This document shows, one piece after another, positions 27,290-35,041 of a stretch of DNA of 39,698 bases. Numbering within the stretch: position 1 is the first letter of the stretch; every line of letters begins with the position of its first letter. The notes below the pieces were generated by a model. The model did not search any database and was not told the origin of the DNA. It worked only from the letters and a program-made list of their open reading frames with translations. The translations under genes were made by a program, and so were the position numbers. This DNA comes from a virus (lineage: Duplodnaviria > Caudoviricetes). Location: the IMG/VR virus record IMGVR_UViG_3300042110_000458, positions 1 through 39,698 of that record; one strand, 5' to 3'.

Positions 27290-27520
27290 ATGAAGAAGGG
27301 CGACCTCGTGCTTTGGAAGTCCATTGACAGCAGAGTAAAGGACTACGGAGTTGTCCTTGACGTCTGTGATCATCGAGGCATCTTCCCGGAAGAAGTTTTT
27401 GTCAAGTTCCCCCTTGACGGTGTCGAGGGCTGGTACTTGTCACGCAATCTTGAGAAATTAGAGGAGACAAATGAGTCAGGTGGATCACCCGAGTCACTAT
27501 CGCAAGGACACGGGATTTGA
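27290..27520 (+). CDS. Small KOW/SH3-like protein
   Basis: MKKGDLVLW...YGVVLD...V.F...WY...LEKL. Confidence 0.6.
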   Translation: MKKGDLVLWKSIDSRVKDYGVVLDVCDHRGIFPEEVFVKFPLDGVEGWYLSRNLEKLEETNESGGSPESLSQGHGI

Positions 27521-27698
27521 GGTCATCGATGTGATTGAGGCATGGGACCTCGATTTCTGTCTTGGGAATGCCGTGAAATACATCGCGCGTCAGGGCCGAA
27601 AGGGGACTGACACGGCGGGACAGGACCTGCGCAAGGCGATGTGGTACATCGATCGTTACATTCAACGCGTTGAAGGGGCGAAAAGTGATCAAGAATGA
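27471..27698 (+). CDS. DUF3310 protein (T7 gp1.7 / SaV-like)
   Basis: VDHPSHY...EVIDVIE...FCLGNAVKY..R.G.K...DL.KA.WY. Confidence 0.9.
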   Translation: MSQVDHPSHYRKDTGFEVIDVIEAWDLDFCLGNAVKYIARQGRKGTDTAGQDLRKAMWYIDRYIQRVEGAKSDQE

Positions 27699-28047
27699 AC
27701 AGTACTGGGAGACCCTCGGCAAGATTTCTCCCGAGTCTCGTCACAGAATTAACACGAGGTCGGAGAGGGTGACTTGCGGAAGTGAGAGGGCCCACATCAT
27801 CCGGTGTGAGGTGCCCTACAACCCGATGGAGATCATGAGAGAGGCGAGCCGCCTCGCTGTGGGAGCCGGAGTTCCGGAGGCCGACACCTGGTTCATCTCA
27901 GAGAATGGGGCGCACCTGGGCAGTCCCTATCAAGAGAGAAACTTCTTTGCTCTCCGCAAGTCTTCCGACACTGATGGGGACAAGCTGTGCGCGCTTGAGG
28001 TCCTTGCACAGGTCTGTGAATATGTAAGGTCAAGGAAAGAAAAATGA
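27685..28047 (+). CDS. Hypothetical protein
   Basis: ORF in operon; start uncertain. Confidence 0.5.
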   Translation: MIKNEQYWETLGKISPESRHRINTRSERVTCGSERAHIIRCEVPYNPMEIMREASRLAVGAGVPEADTWFISENGAHLGSPYQERNFFALRKSSDTDGDKLCALEVLAQVCEYVRSRKEK

Positions 28048-28316
28048 AGTACCTGAGACTGTCTCTCATTCTCTCTCTCGTGTTCCTCCCGGGACATACG
28101 CGCGCCGATGACCGTGACGAGGAAACCGACGACAGGAAGGTCGTGTACAAGCAGAAGACCGAGATCGATTTTGAGGGCCTCGAGGTCGAGGGAATCCTGC
28201 AGAAACCCCAGAGCGCTCTGGTGCTTGAGAGGAAGAAGGCGAGTTTCAACCCGCTCATCAAGCTTCGCACCGACTGGAATGCGGAGATTGACCAGTCGAC
28301 GGATGAAGTGAAGTGA
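28044..28316 (+). CDS. cglF: Adventurous-gliding motility protein CglF/GltF-like, secreted
   Basis: Signal peptide; VVYKQKTEIDFEGLEVEG.L.KP....L.RKK..F.PLI.LR.DW..E...S matches the recalled ~90-aa myxobacterial CglF pattern. Confidence 0.72.
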   Translation: MKYLRLSLILSLVFLPGHTRADDRDEETDDRKVVYKQKTEIDFEGLEVEGILQKPQSALVLERKKASFNPLIKLRTDWNAEIDQSTDEVK

Positions 28317-28528
28317 GACTCCTCCAGCGAGCGAAGCAACTCTTCCTCGAAGAAGAGGGCCAGTCTACTGTCGAGTACATGCTCCTCATTAGCGTTATCG
28401 TGATTGCGATTGTCGCGGCAGCATACGTATTCATCGATCCCTTCAAACAGGGCGTGCAGGATCTCGCGGAAGACGTGAAGAAGATCCTGTCCGACGGAAA
28501 GATCGGTAGGGTTGGAACTTCAAGATGA
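28313..28528 (+). CDS. flp: Flp/type IVb pilin
   Basis: EEEG-QSTVEY prepilin cleavage site with E+5/Y+6, followed by a hydrophobic helix; 71 aa. Confidence 0.85.
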   Translation: MRLLQRAKQLFLEEEGQSTVEYMLLISVIVIAIVAAAYVFIDPFKQGVQDLAEDVKKILSDGKIGRVGTSR

Positions 28529-29463
28529 GACGCAGAAAGCTAGTTGACATACTTTTCGAAGATGCGGTACCTGGCAACTCTCCACCTGAAAAGCAGGTTC
28601 ATGTCTTCGATTTCGATGACACACTCGGGCTCACTTCGAACGCTAACGGTGTGATGTTATACAGGGACGGCAAACCCGCTCACAGGACTGCGGGAGAGGT
28701 CAAGGATTGGCTTGCGTCTCTCGGCGTACCGGAGACCGCAATACTTGAACCGGGGATCCAGTCCATCAGGGAGAGAGAAAACGGCATGGCTGTCTACCTC
28801 TCCTCCTCCGGCCTCGCCAAGGTCCAGAAAGCGTTCCCGCCCTCGAAGCAGGGAGTCACTACGGGGTACGCTGACAGGGTCGAGCAACCGGGTGAGACGA
28901 TTCTGATCGACTTCACTCCCTCCAGCGGCACCAACGTGAATGACACGACCCCTATTGAGCCGACCATCAACAAGATGAAGAAGGCGAACGCACAGGGATC
29001 AGACACCATCGTCATCACTGCGAGGAAGGCCGACGGCGTGGGCACGGATTTTCACGGCAAAGACGTTGCTGCCACGAATTCGAAAGACATGGAAGACTTT
29101 CTCGCCGCACAGGGCGCAAAGCCGACTGACGGTGTGATGGGCGTAACGGGACAGAATAAAGGTCTCGCGATCATCAAGAAGTATATCGCGAATTACGAGG
29201 ACCCTCCCGAGGAGATCCACTTCTACGATGATCTGAAGAAGAACACGGATGAAGTGGAAGCCGCCGTGGCAGAGAAGGTTCCTTCTGAACTGCACGTCTA
29301 CGGTCCCGGTGAATTTGCTCACAACGAGGCGGATCCGGAGATTCCGAAAAAGTCGTATCCGGGGCAGGAAGAGCTTGACCCTCGTGGAATCTCTGAGAGT
29401 CGCAGAATCGACGATAGCATAATCATGGAGAGGTGGGCGTACCTCGCGGGGATAAGAAGATGA
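28525..29463 (+). CDS. HAD-superfamily phosphatase
   Basis: VFDFDDTL, IVITAR, K and FYDD..KN motifs I-IV; C-terminal ERW..LAGI. Confidence 0.8.
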   Translation: MRRRKLVDILFEDAVPGNSPPEKQVHVFDFDDTLGLTSNANGVMLYRDGKPAHRTAGEVKDWLASLGVPETAILEPGIQSIRERENGMAVYLSSSGLAKVQKAFPPSKQGVTTGYADRVEQPGETILIDFTPSSGTNVNDTTPIEPTINKMKKANAQGSDTIVITARKADGVGTDFHGKDVAATNSKDMEDFLAAQGAKPTDGVMGVTGQNKGLAIIKKYIANYEDPPEEIHFYDDLKKNTDEVEAAVAEKVPSELHVYGPGEFAHNEADPEIPKKSYPGQEELDPRGISESRRIDDSIIMERWAYLAGIRR

Positions 29464-30443
29464 ACGAAGCAAAGAAGAAGGGTCTCTGGCACAACATCTG
29501 GGCCAAGCGCCGGCGGGGTGAGCGACCTGCTCGTCCGGGTGAGAAAGGGTATCCAAAGACTCTCAAGATCGGAGAGGCCGCTCTCCGATCAATCATCAGG
29601 AGGGAACTCATTCGGGAGTGGACTTTCCTTCAAGCCTCGATGTCAGGCAACGCCATCAAGGGGCTGATCAGCGTCCTCGAGGACATGTTCGGTCCCACGA
29701 CCACGCAGCGTCTTGAGAGGACAGGCGACGACAAGATCATCGACCGTTACCACGCTTTCTTCGGCATGCTTCACACACTCCCAGAGTACCGGATGGTCTG
29801 GGAGAACTACAAGCAGGCGCAGAGGAGTCATGCGAGCATGGACCCTGGCGCTGACTACGCTCGTGACCCGAACCATCCGATCGGAAAGGCTTTCGAGAGC
29901 CTGAAGAGCAAGGTCCTCGGGAAGCTTGATGAGCTTGAGAGGACCCTCTCACCCGAGACAAGGGACATCTGGAAGTCGGATCTCGATGAGCAGCGGTACC
30001 TCTTCAGGAAGGTGTTCGAGGACTGGGCTCGGGGCAAGATGACGACCGGTCGCGTCCTCACAATACTCGATTCGAGGGGGACAGTTGAGTCTCGGCGTCG
30101 GAGACGCTCTCTTTCCGAAGCCGGTGAGATGGTCGCCGGGAGGGACCTCGAGCAGCTCCAGACGACTGAGTTCATCACTGCCCTTGAGACTGCGGACATG
30201 GACCTCGAGGACGCAGGGTGCCCAGAGGACTCTGACGCTCGAGTCTTTGCGTTCGAGGCGATGGAGATGATCGAGAAGGGTCGGGAGAGGCCGGGTTACA
30301 GCGTCACGATGATCGCGCCCATTGCCCAGCAGGTGATCGAGGCAATCAGGTCCTGCCCACACGTCGACAAGTACGTCGCCCAGAGGGTAGCCAATGACCT
30401 CGAGCTCGCGCTGGATCGGACCCAAGAGGTCGACAGGTTCTAG
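29460..30443 (+). CDS. Putative virion/head-associated protein
   Basis: GLWHNIWAKR.RGE....PG.KGYP module followed by LRSIIRRELIRE. Confidence 0.6.
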   Translation: MNEAKKKGLWHNIWAKRRRGERPARPGEKGYPKTLKIGEAALRSIIRRELIREWTFLQASMSGNAIKGLISVLEDMFGPTTTQRLERTGDDKIIDRYHAFFGMLHTLPEYRMVWENYKQAQRSHASMDPGADYARDPNHPIGKAFESLKSKVLGKLDELERTLSPETRDIWKSDLDEQRYLFRKVFEDWARGKMTTGRVLTILDSRGTVESRRRRRSLSEAGEMVAGRDLEQLQTTEFITALETADMDLEDAGCPEDSDARVFAFEAMEMIEKGRERPGYSVTMIAPIAQQVIEAIRSCPHVDKYVAQRVANDLELALDRTQEVDRF

Positions 30444-30457
30444 ACACCTCCTGGCTG

Positions 30458-30517
30458 GGCGGCGGAATACCTCACGGTGTCCCTCGGATGACATCCGTTA
30501 CACTTCATTCCGCTGCC
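30458..30517. other. Intergenic stem-loop
   Basis: GGCGGCGGAAT (30458-30468) pairs with ATTCCGCTGCC (30507-30517, one G-U); inner ACGG/CCGT and TGTC/GACA helices. Confidence 0.45.
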
Positions 30518-30571
30518 AATGGTAATCCTCAACCTCCTCTTCGAGTGGTCAAACTTTATTTTTGAAAGTTG

Positions 30572-30600
30572 TGTCCACGTGTCACGAAGTGAATTAACAG
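30572..30600 (+). promoter_or_regulatory. Class A promoter motif
   Basis: TGTCC(30572)-N13-TGAATTA(30590), then AGGAGG. Confidence 0.7.
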
Positions 30601-30615
30601 ACTACAGGAGGCAAG

Positions 30616-31224
30616 GTGGACATCCAAAGCGCCCTCGAACTCTCTGAGTCTATCCGACTCGCGGCTTCTCCCCACTGTCACCGCGTGGAAGTGGCAGGGT
30701 CGGTTCGTCGTCGGAAGCAGAACGTGAAGGATATCGAGCTTGTGGCTCGAGTCCTCGACTGGGAAGGACTCTTCAGCTCTCTCACGCAGTTCGGCGACTT
30801 CATCAAGCCTGGCTGTCCGGACGTGATTCCCTGGCCGCCACGAGCCGGCGCAAAGTACCTCCGCATGATGCTTCACTCTGGGGTGAAGCTTGACTTCTTT
30901 ATCGCGAATGAGCACAACTGGGGAGCTCTCTACATGATGAGGACCGGCGGGGCTACCGGTCCGGATGGCAACCCCTTCGACGGTTTCGTCCCCGCGATGT
31001 TCTCTCGGTGGAAGAGAGTCTCCGGCGGCGGGAGGATGCGAGACTGTCTCCCCACGCTCCCAGACGGAAGGCCCGTCTCGGTTCCGGAGGAGGAGGACTT
31101 CTTCCGCCTTGTCGGGGTTGACTGGGTTCCTGCGGCTGATAGGGTCTCTTCGTCTGCAGTGAAGAAACAGAAAGGTTACAAGCTCGACATCGAGAATATC
31201 AGCTTCGTGGAGAATGTGAAATGA
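30616..31224 (+). CDS. Minimal DNA polymerase X / beta-like nucleotidyltransferase
   Basis: VAGSVRR...KDIELV...KLDFF...RTG...EEEDFF..VG..W.P...R; palm and thumb only. Confidence 0.85.
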   Translation: MDIQSALELSESIRLAASPHCHRVEVAGSVRRRKQNVKDIELVARVLDWEGLFSSLTQFGDFIKPGCPDVIPWPPRAGAKYLRMMLHSGVKLDFFIANEHNWGALYMMRTGGATGPDGNPFDGFVPAMFSRWKRVSGGGRMRDCLPTLPDGRPVSVPEEEDFFRLVGVDWVPAADRVSSSAVKKQKGYKLDIENISFVENVK

Positions 31225-31433
31225 GTAGCAATGAACAGTGGTTCCACGACGTCACCGAGGACGTCTACTATCGAGTAACTCACTTCGAGCACTCTACGAA
31301 GCGTGTAATGGAGGAGTGGCTCTGTTCCACGGGTGACCGTTGGTACCTCGACCCAGGTCTGACGAAGGCGACTTTCCTCCGGGATCACATCCTCACACCT
31401 TGCGACCCTGTTGCAGGAATGTTGAGTAAATGA
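31221..31433 (+). CDS. Hypothetical protein
   Basis: ATGA coupling. Confidence 0.5.
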   Translation: MSSNEQWFHDVTEDVYYRVTHFEHSTKRVMEEWLCSTGDRWYLDPGLTKATFLRDHILTPCDPVAGMLSK

Positions 31434-31445
31434 GTTAGTCTCTCG

Positions 31446-31470
31446 CGCATACCATACTTAGTGGTATGCG
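31446..31470 (+). promoter_or_regulatory. Hairpin burying start codon, with ATACTTA motif in the loop
   Basis: CGCATACCA / TGGTATGCG perfect 9-bp inverted repeat; ATG 31466 lies in the 3' arm. Confidence 0.6.
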
Positions 31471-34400
31471 TAAACTACTACTTTCAATTTGTTTTCTGGT
31501 AGTCCCAACGCTCGCTCAAGCCTCTGGTTTTTGCGAGGTCAATGACCCTGGCACCTCAGCTTTCATTCGTAACGAATACGTTGAGTTCGGTATCGGCTCC
31601 GAGGGTGCTTTCGGAGAGGCCGGTTACCCCTCTGGATGGCACTACCGCTCCAACACAGGCCAGCTCGGCTTCGTGGCAAACCCGCAGCGGAACGGCTGGT
31701 CGAGCTACTACGGCGACTTCTTCTCACCCGGCTCTCCGCTCGAGGGCTGGGGCGTTGAGTTCAACGGGGTCGCCTACGACAACACGAACGGTTGGACGAA
31801 TGGCATCGCAGGCTCCCTCGGTGACCCCGCATGTGAGGTCGATATCTGTGGAAACCTCGGCGGTGCGGTGTCGTGGACCGGCGCGGTGGGAGACCTCGGA
31901 GTAGAGACCCAGTATGGTGTCGTTAATGACGAGGTCTACGTCGTGATGACTGTCACACTCACCAACAACGGCTCATCGACCCTGTCCGACGTTTACTGGT
32001 TCAGGAACGTCGATCCTGACAACTCGGTGATGACGACCTACAGCTACTCCACCACAAACACCATCATCTCGCAGCCTGACTCAACCACAGACCTCGCCTC
32101 GGTGAGGGCGACCGGTGGCGACGGTGCGGACCTCTACCTCATCGCCTCCGACAGCCGGGCAAGGGTCACTCACGGTGGGTTCTTCAACACCGATGCCTCG
32201 GACATCTGGAGCGGCTCAGGATTCTACTCCTCGGTGGGCTCTTCGGTCTCTGATGACGCTGCAATCTCACTCGCTGTCAGAATTGGTGACATGGCTCCTG
32301 GGCAGACGGAGACGTTCAGGGTCATCTACACCCTTGACGAGACCGCAGTCGCCGCGGCGACGGACTGTGCCGAGGCGCCCGTGGAGCCTGATGGTGACGG
32401 TGACGGGATCCCGGATTCCTCGGATTCCTGCCCATCAGATCCGTATGACGACGCAGATGCCGACGGTGTCTGCGGTGACATTGATACCTGCGAGGGCTAC
32501 GACGACCTCACTGACGCGGACGCTGATTACACCCCTGACGGATGCGACACCTGTCCATCGGATCCATACGATGATGTCGACGGTGATGGTGTCTGCGGGG
32601 ACGTGGACATCTGCGAGGGATACAGCGACCTTGTCGATTCAGATTCGGACGGTATCCCGAACGGGTGCGACGCATGCAAGTATGATGCAGACAATGACTC
32701 CGATTCCGACGGGGTCTGCGCTGAGAACGACATCTGCCCAGGCTCTGATGACGGCCTCGACAGCGATGGTGACTACACCCCCGACGGATGTGATACCTGC
32801 CCGCTCGACGCTCTCGGTGATTCCGATGCCGACGGTTCATGCGACTCCGACGACATCTGCCCAGGCGCAGATGACACACTCGACACCGACGGAGATGCGG
32901 TCCCCAATGGATGTGACACCTGTCCGGATGACTCGGCTGACGACTCGGACGGTGACGGATCCTGCGACTCTGCGGACATCTGCCCCGGCTTCGACGACAC
33001 GGTAGATTCGGACGAGGACGGCCTCTCAGATGACTGTGACACCTGCCCACTCGATGAGCTGAACGACATCGACGGTGACGGGACCTGCGGTGACGAGGAC
33101 ATCTGCCCCAATGACTCCCTCGATGATCGGGACGGCGACGGAGCCTGTGAATCACTGGACGTCTGCCCGCTCGATCCAAGCGACGATGTCGATGGTGACG
33201 GAGCATGTGCCGACACCGATCCATGCGAGTTCGATGCTGACAACGACATCGATGCCGACGGAATCTGTGGTGATGTCGATGCCTGTCCGGATGATGCGAC
33301 AAACGACGCTGATGAGGACGGGCTCTGCGGTCTATCTGACAACTGCTCGGATGCCTTCAACTCCGACCAGGCAGACACCGACGGAGACGGTCTTGGTGAT
33401 ATCTGCGATTCAGATGCCGACGGAGATGGGGCTGACGACGCAACCGACAACTGTCCGGGTCTCTCCAATGACCAGTCCGACGTTGATGGAGACGGAGTCG
33501 GTGATGCATGCGATCCTGTCGATGACAGGCCGGTCGATACAGGAGATTCTGGTGACAGCGGTGTGGTGATCGACACCGGCGACAGTGGCCACGATACCTC
33601 GATCGATACCAGCTCAGATTCAGCCGTTGATAGCGCTGACGAGACTGGCACTCCACCGGTTGATGACACGGACGAGAAGCCAGCCCCGAAGGGTTCATAC
33701 ATCCCGGGCGGCGGTTGCTCCACGACCGGTGGCGTCGGGGGCGGTAGCCTCATCCTCGTGGCCCTCGGCGCGGTCCTTGCCTCAAGGCGGAGGGGCCTCT
33801 TCTCCCTCCTCCTCGGACTCCCACTCCTGATGGGAGCTTCTGGTGGTGAGGTCCCCGAGATGAGCGTGGTGCCCCTCCCACCGAGGGGTGAGTCGAGGTT
33901 CCTCGGAGATGAGACCGCCATCGTCGGTGGTGTGGTCACCGATCCCCTATCCTACATCAACCCGCAGGGCGATGAGGTCGTGGTCATCGATGACGTCTAC
34001 TGGGGTTGGACGACCAATCGTTACACTTTCGAGCACTTCTCTGTCGACTTCGGAATACCGGCAACGATAGCGAATGACGGCGTGGCTCGTCTCGGTGACG
34101 TCTGGGGTGGATTCCGCGCAAGCTCCAAGGGCTTCAGCGTTGATGGGATTGGAACCTACGGTGACGTGGCCGTAGTGGCTCCCACAGGCGGGGGCCTCGG
34201 TGTCTCGCATCCTGGGTGGGCAGCGACCCTCGAGGCAGGAGCCGAGGCCCAGTTCGGTAACATCGGCGGGCTTCTCGGGGCTGGCTTCATGGTCTACCCG
34301 AGCGTCGATCTCGAGGGATACGAGCTCGGATCGGGTCCTTACGTCACCGCTGCAGGATCATACGCTCTCGGTGACTTCACCGTGGGCATCGACTCGCAGG

Positions 34401-35041
34401 TCTTTCACAATATCGGTGAGGATCCCGTGTCATCGCTCTTCGTCGGATCCTCGCTCGAGTGGACGGCTGGGAACTTCTCGATAGGCGCTGCGGTGAGCAA
34501 GGGAGTCATCCGCCAGCCCGGTGACGGTGACTGGCAGGCGATGGTTCAGGTGACTTTCGGTCCAGACGAGGACGAGCCAGTCGAGGTGCCCCCACCCGCC
34601 GCCGCCTGTGATTGCAAGGTTCAGGAGGAACCGCCCCAGCCCATCGTGATCGTTGTCCCGGCGAAGCCTGATGTTACCCTTCCCCCGAAGCAGGAGGTCG
34701 GAATCGGATTCATGCCCGGTGATACGAAGCTCAACACGAAGGCGCAGGCGACCCTCGACGGTGTGTGGACGGTCCTCAACCTCCGTCCAGGTTACGGCGT
34801 GAAAGTAGTGGGATACGCCGATTCCTCAGAAATTGATTACAAACATCCCGATGAGCTCTCGCAGGAGAGAGCGAAGGCCGCAGCCGATTACCTCATAGGT
34901 AAGGGCGTCGATGCGGAGCGCATCTCCATCGAGGGTAAGGGCGACACGGCGCCGCTCGACACCTCCGGGACCCCCGAGGGGCAGGCCTTAAACCGAAGGG
35001 TCGAGTTCGTCGTCGTTGTCGCTGCCAAGCCGGCTCAGTAG
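31466..35041 (+). CDS. Large surface protein: signal peptide, N-terminal domain, TSP3-like repeats, internal MYXO-CTERM, beta-barrel-like region, OmpA-like domain
   Basis: AQA signal; many DxDxDGxxDxxDxCP repeats; GGGCS-hydrophobic-RRR; V.GYAD...LSQERA...YL...G...NRRVEF. Confidence 0.88.
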   Translation: MRKLLLSICFLVVPTLAQASGFCEVNDPGTSAFIRNEYVEFGIGSEGAFGEAGYPSGWHYRSNTGQLGFVANPQRNGWSSYYGDFFSPGSPLEGWGVEFNGVAYDNTNGWTNGIAGSLGDPACEVDICGNLGGAVSWTGAVGDLGVETQYGVVNDEVYVVMTVTLTNNGSSTLSDVYWFRNVDPDNSVMTTYSYSTTNTIISQPDSTTDLASVRATGGDGADLYLIASDSRARVTHGGFFNTDASDIWSGSGFYSSVGSSVSDDAAISLAVRIGDMAPGQTETFRVIYTLDETAVAAATDCAEAPVEPDGDGDGIPDSSDSCPSDPYDDADADGVCGDIDTCEGYDDLTDADADYTPDGCDTCPSDPYDDVDGDGVCGDVDICEGYSDLVDSDSDGIPNGCDACKYDADNDSDSDGVCAENDICPGSDDGLDSDGDYTPDGCDTCPLDALGDSDADGSCDSDDICPGADDTLDTDGDAVPNGCDTCPDDSADDSDGDGSCDSADICPGFDDTVDSDEDGLSDDCDTCPLDELNDIDGDGTCGDEDICPNDSLDDRDGDGACESLDVCPLDPSDDVDGDGACADTDPCEFDADNDIDADGICGDVDACPDDATNDADEDGLCGLSDNCSDAFNSDQADTDGDGLGDICDSDADGDGADDATDNCPGLSNDQSDVDGDGVGDACDPVDDRPVDTGDSGDSGVVIDTGDSGHDTSIDTSSDSAVDSADETGTPPVDDTDEKPAPKGSYIPGGGCSTTGGVGGGSLILVALGAVLASRRRGLFSLLLGLPLLMGASGGEVPEMSVVPLPPRGESRFLGDETAIVGGVVTDPLSYINPQGDEVVVIDDVYWGWTTNRYTFEHFSVDFGIPATIANDGVARLGDVWGGFRASSKGFSVDGIGTYGDVAVVAPTGGGLGVSHPGWAATLEAGAEAQFGNIGGLLGAGFMVYPSVDLEGYELGSGPYVTAAGSYALGDFTVGIDSQVFHNIGEDPVSSLFVGSSLEWTAGNFSIGAAVSKGVIRQPGDGDWQAMVQVTFGPDEDEPVEVPPPAAACDCKVQEEPPQPIVIVVPAKPDVTLPPKQEVGIGFMPGDTKLNTKAQATLDGVWTVLNLRPGYGVKVVGYADSSEIDYKHPDELSQERAKAAADYLIGKGVDAERISIEGKGDTAPLDTSGTPEGQALNRRVEFVVVVAAKPAQ
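32390..33530 (+). repeat. Thrombospondin type 3-like Ca-binding coding repeats
   Basis: Degenerate Asp/Cys tandem repeats (GACGGT/TGCGAC/TGCCC) within the CDS. Confidence 0.85.

Noticed and set aside
30441-30530. CCTCCTGGCTGGGC resembling an HDV-like ribozyme core, or a tRNA
   Set aside because: Could not build the P1/P2 pseudoknot pairings or a cloverleaf with a TTC loop; kept only as a generic stem-loop
32390-33530. Repeat array considered as CRISPR or DGR repeat
   Set aside because: Repeats are degenerate at third codon positions and in frame; no constant repeat with unique spacers, and no cas or RT gene
32115-33939. Long alternative-frame and antisense ORFs (32115..33005 +, 32508..33302 -, 32773..33939 -)
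   Set aside because: Low-complexity Thr/His-Arg/Ser shadows of the Asp/Gly/Cys repeat codons of the real CDS
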